Source: Eledone cirrhosa (lineage: Eukaryota). From it: a stretch of DNA of 64,000 bases. Made by a program: the position numbers and the translations under genes. Below the pieces are notes generated by a model that was given only the letters and a program-made list of their open reading frames with translations, was not told the DNA's origin and did no database searches. The stretch is from assembly GCA_964016885.1 (NCBI GenBank), contig OZ024742.1:53010001-53074000 (forward strand). Reading direction: 5' to 3'. Positions 53,389-64,000 of the stretch are shown here, piece after piece; the first letter of the stretch is position 1; each line of letters starts with the position of its first letter.

Positions 53389-54306
53389 TCTGAAGGATAA
53401 ACTTTAGCAATCCAGGAACAGGAGATTAGCACGAAATACCTGATTCACAAAAGAGATAGGGATGCAGGCAAAACACCTAGATGTGATAACAAATGCAGAC
53501 TCTGCAGAACTAACATCGAGGATATCACCCATGTCATCAGCAGCTGTCCAAAGTTGTCATCGCGGTACTATCTACCTATGAGGCATGATGTAGTGGCCAA
53601 AACACTGTACGATGCAGTTCGTAAAAAGGATAGCCCCGATAATAAACACATTAAAAGCTACAACAATGTGGAAGACATCCATGTACATAATATGAAAGAG
53701 TACTGGTGGAATGTTCAAGTAAAAACCCCAATAAAATGCAGGCATAACAGACCAGATATTATGATATGTGACAGGGAGAAGAAAACATGCACAGTAGTGG
53801 AAATTAGCTACCCAGCAGATGCCAATATAATATCAGAGATTAGTGAAAAGGAGAATATTTATGCAGAACTGATGAGAAATCTGCAGATACTCCACCTTGA
53901 TTACACCTTCAGATTTATGCCTGTGATTAGTGGGGCACTGGGATATGTTAGTAACTGCCTCAATACAAATCTTGAGAAGCTAGGTTTCACAAGAACAGAG
54001 AGAACACAACTAGTTAGGAAATTACAAGTACAATCCATTAATGGAACAGTAAAAATACGTAAAACATTCCAAAAATGTTGCATCTAATAACTGCATATAC
54101 ACATGTACAGATACAAAGCATATACACATGCACACATACAACTCAAAACATACACATCCACACATACAATAACTACACATGCATGCATACATACATATCT
54201 ACCTAGTTGATGTTGTGTAAATTCCAATGAGAGAGTCTTGTGTCTATGTTAGAAACCGACTCTCTCTCTATTGGTAAAACTTTGTGAAATTATAAAACCA
54301 GAAGAA
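53389..54306 (+). mobile_element. R4/Dong-like RLE LINE 3' fragment
   Basis: CRLC..EDITHVISSC (CCHC), RHD, NRPDI..VVEI (PD-(D/E)xK), KENIY; flanked by (TACA)n. Confidence 0.9.
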
Positions 54307-54529
54307 CATACATACACACATACACACATGCATACATACATACACACATACATACATACATACATACATACATACATACATACATACATACATACATACA
54401 TACATACATGCATGCATGCATGCATACATACATACATACATACATACATACATACATACATACATACATACATACATACATACATACATACATACATACA
54501 TACATACATACATACATACATACATACGT

Positions 54530-54752
54530 ATATACCAACCCGCTTGGACCAAAGTATGACTGAACTTGGATTTGCGGACAAAAAGCGCAGCTCCCTAATT
54601 CATAGTCTGCAAATGACTGCGATAGCTGCCACCTTCAAAATTTGCAAAACATTCTTGCGATTCAAGGGATGACAATTTCTTTTCCTTTACAACCTTGCCA
54701 CCAGGAAGGTGGCCGGTCAAAAAAATATACTCGAAATTAAGAGAAAGAGAAA
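54530..54752 (+). mobile_element. Extreme 3' fragment of a second RLE LINE family
   Basis: LGF...LQMTAIAATFKICKTF resembles LGF...LQVQSINGTVKICKTF; embedded in (TACA)n. Confidence 0.65.
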
Positions 54753-54822
54753 ACATACATACATACATACATACATACATACATACATACATACATACAT
54801 ACATACATACATACATACATAC

Positions 54823-56257
54823 ATGCCTGTCCTAACACCAACGTTTGAAATACTCAATTGGACGACGAAATCCGAGCAATTGATGTTAGAACTCGAAAAA
54901 TACTAAACAACACCGGAAACTTCCACATCAACAGTGACATAGACCGCCTTTACTTGAAATGTAAGCAGGGAGGCACAGGCCTAACATCAGTCCAGACAGC
55001 ATTTCAATGTCGCATCATATCCTTCCGACAACATCTACAAACCTCAAAACGTAGGAGCACGTCTCTCAAGTAAGTCTATCTGCATGAGACAGATAAGATC
55101 ATGAGAGTTGGGAAGGAACTCCTTGAAAGATATTCCCTGGGTGATAATCAAAAACTCACACTCAGGGAAGTTGCTCAGCAGTACCGCAGTGAATCCATGG
55201 ATGAAAAACTGCATGCTTATCAACAAAAAGTCATGCATGGATATGTTGCCAGGAAACTCCAGAGTGAGAGTAATATAGATAACGAAAGCAGTCTATCTTG
55301 GACCAACAACCGCTATATTGGCTCCCACTTTGAAGGATACGCTTTTGCAATCCAAGGACAGGAAATCAACACGAAATACCTGATTCGCAAAAAAGATAGG
55401 GATGCAGGCAAAACACCTAGATGTGCTAACAAGTGCAGACTATGCACAATTAACATCGAAGATGTCACCCATGTCATAAGCAGCTGTCCAAAGATGTCAT
55501 CGCGGTACTATCTACCTATGAGGCATGATGTAGTGGCCAAAACACTGTACAATGCAATCCGTAGAAAAGATAGCCCCGATAATAAACACAATAAAAGCTA
55601 CAGCAATTTAGAAAACATACATATACATAATATGAAAGAGTACTGGTGGAATGTTCCAGTAAAAAACCCCAATAAAATGCAGGCATAACAGACCAGATAT
55701 AATCATATGGGACAGGGAAAAGAAGGCATGCACAGTAGTGGAAGTTGGCTGCCCAGCAGATGCCAATATAAGATTAGCGAAAAGGAGAATATTTATGCAG
55801 AACTAATGAGGAATCTGCATATACTCCACCCTGACTATACCTTCAGATTTATGCCTGTGATTATTGGGGCACTGGGGTATGTTAGTAACTGCCTCAATAC
55901 AAATCTTGAGAAGCCGGGTTTCACAGAAACAGAAAGAACACAACTAGTTAAGAAATTACAAGTACAATCCATTAATGGAACCGTAAAAATATGTAAAACA
56001 TTCCAAACATTTTGCATCTAATAACTGAATATACACATGTACAGATACAAAGCGTATACACATGCACACATACAAATCAAAACATACACATCCACACATA
56101 CAATAATATCCATACCTGCACACACATACATTTATGCAGACATCCATACATATCTACCTAGTTGATGATGTGTAAATTCCAATGAGAGAGTCTTCTGTCT
56201 ATGTTAGAAACCAACTCTCTATTGGCAAAGATTTGTGAAATTATAAAACCAGAAGAA
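54823..56257 (+). mobile_element. R4/Dong-like RLE LINE 3' fragment
   Basis: IDVRTRKIL..FHINSDIDRLYL..GGTGL; KVMHG; AIQGQEINT; CRLC..H...C; RHD; flanked by (TACA)n. Confidence 0.92.
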
Positions 56258-56747
56258 CATACATACGTTCTTACATCCAGACTAATTAATATAAAGGCAT
56301 TCGCAGACACACTCCCGCCACTCGCCTAAAGACGTATTGTCTCCTCTTTCTGCCGTTTTTACCACTACTACATTGGTCTCTTCAGACCTGACTGATCTCA
56401 AGTCAACTCCACTCAAATACTCCCGAATCACTCTCTCTTCTCTTCCCATCAATCATGTTGTTCCCAAGCCCACCAGGCTCTAAACTAAGTCCTGCGCCCA
56501 TTCCTTCTTTCCCTTGACACCCCAACCCTGGAACCCCCCTACTAACTTCTTCTCTACAAGTGTTGACTTACAACAGTTTCACTGCATCAATCTCTCCACT
56601 GTCAGGGTGTCTGTGAAGGTCATGTGAAGGTCATTGACCTATCTTCCAGGCCTACCAAATAAAAAAAATCACACGATAAACTTTATTCTCTCTTCTATTT
56701 GAATAAACCTGTTGCCACTTTCAACTTTCCGCCTAGGTTCCTCCTCA

Positions 56748-57378
56748 TCAAGGGTTTCAAACACGCGACATTCAAGCTGCACGAGGCCTATCAACTATTG
56801 TTTATGGCCGGCAGCAGAACAATTTTCGTGACTAATATGGCGTGTTAATTCGTCTCTCATGTATGTATCTATATATAAATTTGGGCGACATCCGTCCATC
56901 ACACAATATATGTGTGGAAAATGAAGGAAGTTGATGGTGAAAAGACTATAACAAAACAGCGACTGGCGTTTCATTTGCTACGCTGTGTGAGTGTGTGTAC
57001 GTATGTGTGTGTTTGTGTAAATGTATGTGTTTGTGTGAATGTGTGTCTGTAAGTGTATATTTTTATAAATGTGTCTGTGTTTGCGCGTTTATACCTATAT
57101 ACTCATGCACGCGTCAGTGTGTTGGAAAATATTTTAGTATGTGTATATATACCAAAAGTTTGTCACCTAACATTTTGTACTACTTCAACTGTCCCATACT
57201 GTCATATGTATTCATTTTGATGAAAAAAATAATATATAGTAGCCAATCAACTGTATTGCAGATTACCATCATAACTGGTGGAAATCACACTTCCCACCCA
57301 CCCTATCTCACTTTTGGCCCGCTGTGTCTCTACACCAGGACGTGGTGATTCTTTGAATCCTTAAGTTTGAAAACCCTG
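56748..57378. mobile_element. Possible hAT-type MITE
   Basis: Termini caagggtttcaaac / gtttgaaaaccctg; no clear 8-bp TSD. Confidence 0.4.
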
Positions 57379-58102
57379 CTCTACACTTTTGTTAATACAT
57401 TTTGTTTCAACTTCTAAATAATAGAACACATTTTCCTAGAATCTAATCACAGCTTAACCATCCATGGCATTTTTTATTTGATTGTGTTTGTTTTTTTGTA
57501 TCTAAGCTGTTAAAGACCTTTTCACTCTGTAGTATTATCTTTATACTACTTAAGTTTAAATTCCGCTCAGCTCTTTTTGGAGCCTCATTTTTTTTTTAAT
57601 CTATCCAATCTCTTTTCATCTCCCATTAATTCTTTTATCCATTAATCCTTATTTCTCTGTCATCAAATTTCGCCTCTACTTTGACAGTGAACATTGTATA
57701 ATCGGCTTCTTTTTTCATAGAACATCTCTTTCTCTTCTCTCTACCTCCCCCACCCTCCCTAGCTCTCTCTTTTCTTCCCTACATCTCTATCCCTTTCTCT
57801 TCTCCCTACCTCTCACTCCTTTTGACTTCTCCCTAACTTTCTCTTTCTTCCTCACTACCTCCCTATATATATATATTCCTCTATCGCTCTCTAGTTCTTT
57901 CTCTCTCTATATGTGTGTGTGTCTGTGTGTGTGTGTGTATCTATATATCTATATACATACATATATACATATGTTTTACATGTGTTGTATTGAAGCGAAT
58001 AACTATGTGTATACTCTGGGAATGTATCTTACATTGCCCATTGAGTACGCTGAGATACAACCGGTCCTGGCATTAATAAATATGCTGGGTCCGTCAACTC
58101 CT

Positions 58103-58162
<60 letters not shown>

Positions 58163-58169
58163 TAAAATA

Positions 58170-58245
58170 ACAGATTAAAGTTTAAGCAAAGAATCGCTGC
58201 TTTCACCCTTAACGGGATCTTCTGAAACTAACAAAGTCAATCTGT
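58170..58245 (-). ncRNA. Variant hammerhead (CAGAAGA core)
   Basis: Identical to 28445-28520. Confidence 0.6.
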
Positions 58246-58327
58246 AAACGCAGATCTGTAAACCAAAGTATCGTCTTCCTGTCTTCCTCCGGTTGCAACG
58301 TTCTTTGAAATATCCACTTCTGCGTTT

Positions 58328-58403
58328 ACAGATTGACTTTGTTAGTTTCAGAAGATCCCGTTAAGGGTGAAAGCAGCGATTCTTTGCGTAAACTTTAATC
58401 TGT
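58328..58403 (+). ncRNA. Variant hammerhead (CAGAAGA core) with a substitution next to the cleavage site
   Basis: Same fold; tgcgtaaact instead of tgcttaaact. Confidence 0.5.
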
Positions 58404-58603
58404 TATTTTAATAAATATTTGCTCTACGGTTCTTATATATTTGATATATATTTATCCTTATCGAGCCCTCTTTTGATTTTAGTCTTCAAATTTATTATTA
58501 TTACTATATATGAAGAGTAACATGGTTGGCTGTACAACAAAGGGCTTTATTTCAGTTATTGACAATTGTTTCATTGATCAGAAACCATTATTATTGTGGT
58601 GGT

Positions 58604-58906
58604 GGTTCAAATCCCGCCGAGGTTGACTTTGCCTTTCATCCTTACGGGGTCGATAAAATAAAGTACCAGTAATGTACTGGGTAATTGCTGGCCTTGTGCC
58701 TAAGGTAGAAACAATTATTATTGTGGTGGATTGGCAGTATCGGTAGAGGGTCGGACGCCATGCTTTTCAGCACAGTTACATCCCTTTACGGACTGAGTTC
58801 AAATCCCGCCGAGGTTGACTTTGCCTTTCATCCTTACGGGGTCAATAAAATAAAGTACCAGTAATACACTGTGATAATTGCTGGCCTTGTGCCAAAAGTA
58901 GAAACA
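58604..58906 (+). mobile_element. Two tandem tRNA-SINE copies (partial + full)
   Basis: Consensus match; (TTA)n linker. Confidence 0.9.
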
Positions 58907-59210
58907 ATTATTATTGCTGTTACTGATGATATTGTTGCTGTCACAGATGTCATTGCAGTTGCATTTGTTATTATTGCTGTTGTACATGTTATTATTATTG
59001 CTGTTACTGATGCTACAGTTGCTGTCACTGATGTTCTTGGTGTCACAGGTGTTATTGCAGTTGTACTTGTTACTGTTGTTGCTACTGCTGTTGTTTTGTT
59101 GCTATTGATGTTGTTGATCTATATCCCATATTTCTTCAAGTAACAACAGAATTAGCAAAGACACATTTTTCATTTGACGTCATATTCTCTTATGTATGTA
59201 TGTATGTACG

Positions 59211-59706
59211 TCAGGTCGCACTGGTAACATGTAACCCAGTACAACCAGTCTCGTGGTCGGGTCGTCAGTGAGAAGGGTGATATTTGGACACCCTGCAGGA
59301 TGAAATACAAGACACATCAAAGGGCAGAGGAACTCAGCAGAGTCAACGGCCATCAAAATAGTACCTTTTTTTTTCTCCACCTGGGAGTTAAAGGCCCCCA
59401 GTCGTTGTGACAACATCTTTCTAAGAGAGGGAAACTCTGAAAAAAATTCTGCGGCTTCGGAAGCATCCGATGATGTTGACCAGTCTTCCTTTTTGGGTAG
59501 TGTTTTCGATGATTAGAGAGTGGGATTGGTCGAGTGCAAGGCCTTTCCCTACTTAAAAAACCTTCAAAGCACAGGCATTGCTTGTTCAGGATCTGTTACA
59601 GGTTCGTGTGGCTGGCAGTAGCGTAAAAATGCACCATTTTCTGTAATCTGACAAGCGATTGCAATACTTTTAGCAGAGTTTGCAGCCATTATGTATGTAT
59701 GTATGT
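59211..59706 (+). mobile_element. Diverged relative of the ~610-bp element
   Basis: Same 5' end tcaggtc...ctggtaacatgtaacccagtacaacc, core agagagtggga...gcacaggcattgc, 3' gcagcca followed by (tatg)n. Confidence 0.8.
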
Positions 59707-60003
59707 ACTCTTAACTCCTGATGGAGTCATAAGGGGTTTCGTCGTGATATTTTCACATTTTAAACCTAACAGAGCCCATCTTCTCTCCAGGCCTAAACAT
59801 AACTGATTTCTTTCAGAGAAGGAAAGAGCGAGTACGGGGTGAGTGAAAAGGATATAGAGGATAAATCGATCCCAATAGTGGTCTGGTACATTTTATCAAC
59901 CTTAAAAGAATGAAAAGCAAAGTTGTCCTCATTGGGATTAAAACTCAGAGCACAGAGAGCTGGAACAATTCTGTCAATTAATCACCTCGTTTCTCTGTTA
60001 GTA

Positions 60004-60187
60004 CGAGGGGTCAGCTGAAAAGTTCATAAGCTAACTATGAAGGAGTGATGAAATATTCCATGCATTCATTTCAACTTTTCTTATTAATAATTTCCTTGTT
60101 TCTTTCTAGAGACTATGTTGAAAATAAACTTCATTTAGTCATTCCATGAGAGTACTTTGGTCAGCCTATGAACTTTTCCAACCCCCG
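60004..60187. mobile_element. mariner-type MITE
   Basis: TA|cgagggg..gaaaagttcata ... tatgaacttttccaacccccg|TA. Confidence 0.7.
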
Positions 60188-60692
60188 TAAGAACAATTAA
60201 CATTGTTTAATCTAGTTGACGAAAATTTATTCTATTAAAATTAACGTATCAGAATAGCTGGGGCTAAACGATGTTAGCAATCAGCCAAGTACAGTCTGCC
60301 TAAAAGATAATTTCTTTCGTCGTTATAAAATACTCAATTTTTTTCTACTGGTTATCTTGACAAAATACTTGAGATGGAGCTAGAAGGTAACCTTGAATAG
60401 CATCTTTAAAATGATTTCTATTGATAACAGCAATGGAGTGGAAGTTTATAGAGTTCACCAAGTATTGAAACACTCAATGACAAACAAATCAAATTATCAA
60501 TAATTTAAGAACAGATTCATATTCATCGCTTAATTTTCAGAACTACAACCAATTGTGCTGGTGTGAATGTGTGTGTGATGAGCGTGTAGTTGTATGCGTG
60601 TAAGAGTGAATGTGTGAGTATGTGTGCGCGGGTGCAAGAGGGTAGATATGTGGGGTGTACGAGTTTTGTGTGGCTTTGGTGCGTGCGTTCTT

Positions 60693-60694
60693 GT

Positions 60695-60779
<85 letters not shown>
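60693..60779. repeat. (GA)n microsatellite
   Basis: Direct observation. Confidence 0.97.
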
Positions 60780-60785
<6 letters not shown>

Positions 60786-61535
60786 GTGTGTATGCCTGTG
60801 TGTGAGTGTGTGCCTGTTTGTATATGTGTGAGAATGCGTAGGTATTGAGTGACTGTGTTCATGCGCACTTGTGTGTGAATATGTGAGTGTATTTAAGCAT
60901 TATGTGTTTGTGTGTGAGTGAGTGTGTGTATGTGTGTATTACTATCTTTAATCCCGTCTACTAGTCAGTAATCAACATATACTATAAGGTTTCTCTTATG
61001 CAAATAATTAATTTATCAAAATTCAAATTTCCCCGTTTGTATGATTGTTCACATAACTATTAATCCTGACATATATGACATATCAGTGCTGGACTCCAAA
61101 AATTAAATAGGTTCAACGATACTACCATCAACCATGACTGAACCGGTCCACTAATTGTGAAAAAAATACTGAATACGACAAGCAATAAGAGACACCTAGC
61201 ACGTATATTATCAATCAGTAGTTACAATTCTAACAGCGGATGCCATACATATGAAGACCCGATATAGATTAAAAATCCAATTTGCGAGTACTAATCTATG
61301 TTTTCAGCTGTCTTCCTCGCCGTTTACCTCATCGTTGGATGGACTCTAGTGTGACTGCCTCGCGGATGTGTTCTCACCGTAAAAGATGGTGTACCTTACT
61401 ATAGGCCACCGGAGACACTTTTTGAGCAAGAATTGTTGAAGGGAATTAATCAGGCAACGTTGACGAACTGAGGAATTTGATACAAAATACGAAGTGTGAA
61501 CTCAAGTAATTTTGTGGTGCTGAAAAAGGTCGAAA

Positions 61536-62110
61536 ACTTTTATCACCAGTGACTCTTCCCCCTATTTCCAGTATACTTTTATCACCAGTAACTCTTCCCC
61601 CTATTTCCAGTAAACTTTTATCACCAGTAACTCTTCCCCCTATTTCCAGTAAACTTTTATCACCAGTAACTCTTCCCCCTATTCCAGTATACTTTTATCA
61701 CCAGTAACTCTTCCCCCTATTCCAGTATACTTTTATCACCAGTAACTCTTCCCCCTATTTCCAGTATACTTTTATCACCAGTAACTCTTCCCCCTATTTC
61801 CAGTAAACTTTTATCACCAGTAACTCTTCCCCCTATTCCAGTATACTTTTATCACCAGTAACTCTTCCCCCTATTCCAGTATACTTTTATCACCAGTAAC
61901 TCTTCCCCCTATTTCCAGTAAACCTTTATCACCAGTGACTCTTCCCCCTATTTCCAGTATACTTTCATCACCAGTGACTCTTCCCCCTATTTCCAGTATA
62001 CTTTCATCACCAGTGACTCTTCCCCCTATTTCCAGTATACTTTTATCACCAGTAACTCTTCCCCCTATTTCCAGTATACTTTTATCACCAGGAACTCTTC
62101 CCCTATTTCA
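61536..62110. repeat. 38/39-bp minisatellite, ~14-15 units
   Basis: Unit acttttatcaccagtaactcttccccctatttccagtat, head-to-tail with no spacers. Confidence 0.95.
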
Positions 62111-62219
62111 TCCTCGTAGTCACCATGTCTCACAGAAGTACAACAGAATACTTCTCAAGTAACTCTGCCCTCTCTGTCACCTTGACACGCAGAAATACAC
62201 CATAGCCTTCTGTTAATAT

Positions 62220-62412
62220 TAGAAACGGTGGATTGGCAGTATCGGTAGAGGGTCGGACGCCATGCTTTGACGCATAGAGTTACGACCCTTTTCGGTCTGA
62301 GTTCAAATCCAGCCGAGGTTAACTTTGCCTTTCATCCTTCCGGGGTCGATAAAATAAAGTACCAGTAATTCACTGAGATAATTGCTGGCCTTGTGCCAAA
62401 AGTAGAAACAAT
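62220..62412 (+). mobile_element. tRNA-SINE, full copy
   Basis: Consensus match. Confidence 0.92.
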
Positions 62413-62441
62413 TATTATTCATAGTAATAGTACAAATCAGT

Positions 62442-62730
62442 GCAGGAGTGTAGATTTGTGGTTAAGGTGCTGGACTCACGATCAAAGGTCTTGAGTTCAA
62501 TTCCGAACAGCGCGTTGTGTACTTGAGCAAAATACTTTATTTCATGTTGCTCCACTCCACCCAGCTGGCAAAAATGTGTTTATACCAGTATTTTCAGCTT
62601 TGTCACACATTGTGTCACACTGAGTCTTCCTGGGAATTATGTTAAAGGTACACATTAATTACACAAGAAGATTGTTCCGTTGATCAAACAACTGGATCAC
62701 TCGTGGTAGGAACTGACGGAGGTCCAATAC
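62442..62730 (+). mobile_element. Second tRNA-derived SINE family
   Basis: gtggttaagg (A-box), gagttcaattcc (B-box), ttgtgtacttgagcaaaatacttt body. Confidence 0.65.
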
Positions 62731-63374
62731 ATTGCATATTAAAGGTAAAGTAAAACAGAAGATAACATTGGAGTAGCGTATTTGAATAAGTAATATAACT
62801 AGCACGATGTAGTATAATTCAAACAGATGACTTTAAACAAATATTTGTGTATGTGTGTGTGTTTGAGTGTGTGTAGAAAGGGGCCTTAACTCTTGATAGA
62901 ATCGTAGGGGCCTGTCTTAAGCGTTTTAAATCTGGTGGAGCTCATCGTCCTCCAAGTCGGAACAATTTCTTCCAGAGAAAGATAGGGAGAGGAAAAATCG
63001 ATTCAGGTCTAAATATCTAAAGTCTATCTCAAACCATGAGGTCCATTTGGGCTTGAACTTATATTGGTTTCCTTGGCGTTAGGAGAGTAAGAGAACAAGA
63101 GTCTCCCACCCCACTGAACAGGATGCAAGTCAATCACAAGTTTAAATCCCAGGTATTGCCGGCACTCATTTTCAGCTGAGTGTACTGGAGTGATGTGAAA
63201 TACAGTGTCTTCGCTTAAGAAACAACACACAACCCAGCCCAAGAATCTAAACCACGCCATTAAGTTCGTAAGTTTAACACAACTAGTACACGTGACTAGT
63301 GGACTTATATTTTATTTACAGACCTCAAAAAGATAAAAGGTAATGTTGGCTTCGGTTGGATTTGGAGTGCAGTG

Positions 63375-64000
63375 AGCTGAAAAGTATACTGGAGCATTTC
63401 TGATCCGGCTTAATTCAGCCTCCTGCATTCCATCACTCGTGAACACGGCCCCAATATACTTGAACTTCTCCACCTACTTCAGTGGAACTCCACTCACATG
63501 TAGAGTGCACTCCGTAGGCTTCCTTGAGAGAACGCGTGTCTCAATATTTACAGCACTGATTTTCATTCCAGCCATGCATCACTCGGCATCAAACCTATTA
63601 ATAGCCTGTCGGATCAACTTCTGACGTGTTAAGTAGTACCATAAGCAAAGTAGTACAAATAAGTAGTACAAATTCCAGCCGACTGATTCTACACCTGCCA
63701 GTCATGATACCAAATCCAGTCCGGCTGCGCATGTTAATCCTGTTCGTGACGATTATAAACAGGAGAGGTGACAGTACGCACCCTTGTTGGAGTCCAACTC
63801 CTACATTGAATGGTTTCAACGTAGCACCATTTATCTGACCACAAACATTAGAGCATTCATATAGAGACATCAGAGCGAGAAGTTGTCGATTGATTACATA
63901 CTCTTGCAGAACCTTCCACAGCAGGTCCCGTGGGATGAGATCGTATGGTTTTTTGAGGTCTACGAAGCAAGCATACATCTCTTGGCAGTACTCTCACAAT
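63375..64000 (-). mobile_element. RTE LINE RT fragment, runs off the window
   Basis: FVDLKKPYD..PRDLLW..L..Y; GLQQGCVLSPLLFII; VEKFKYIG. Confidence 0.88.

Larger units (their letters stand above)
58158..58500. mobile_element. Solo Penelope pLTR with inverted partial copy (family of 28433)
   Basis: 58158-58254 matches 28433-28529; 58262-58415 is the reverse complement of ~28433-28587. Confidence 0.88.

Noticed and set aside
61536-62110. CRISPR-like array
   Set aside because: Units are head-to-tail with no unique spacers; eukaryotic context and no cas genes

Overview
Eukaryotic, AT-rich and almost entirely repeat-derived intronic or intergenic DNA. The SINE, LINE and microsatellite make-up resembles an octopus (cephalopod) genome; this is an inference from repeat style. 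No intact host gene is supported, and most ORFs in the track are translated microsatellites. Contents: >20 copies of a tRNA-headed SINE, many chained by (ATATT)n tracts; several non-autonomous Helitrons and one decayed autonomous Rep/PIF1 Helitron; two near full-length decayed RTE LINEs plus fragments; CR1 and Ingi/Vingi-like fragments; R4/Dong-like restriction-endonuclease LINEs clustered in (TACA)n; a Gypsy gag-protease relic with its LTR; Penelope-like relics including a GIY-YIG ORF; and several MITEs. The most notable signal is non-coding. Three unrelated repeat families carry hand-foldable type I hammerhead ribozymes (7 copies), all with a U-U pair at the base of stem II. One family has a CAGAAGA variant core and one forms a 422-nt tandem retrozyme-like unit. 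Also notable: a Helitron carrying Penelope-like LTR sequence, a ~610-bp non-autonomous element related to an RTE 5' UTR, and an RTE ending in three C2H2-type fingers. All folds and alignments were done by eye.
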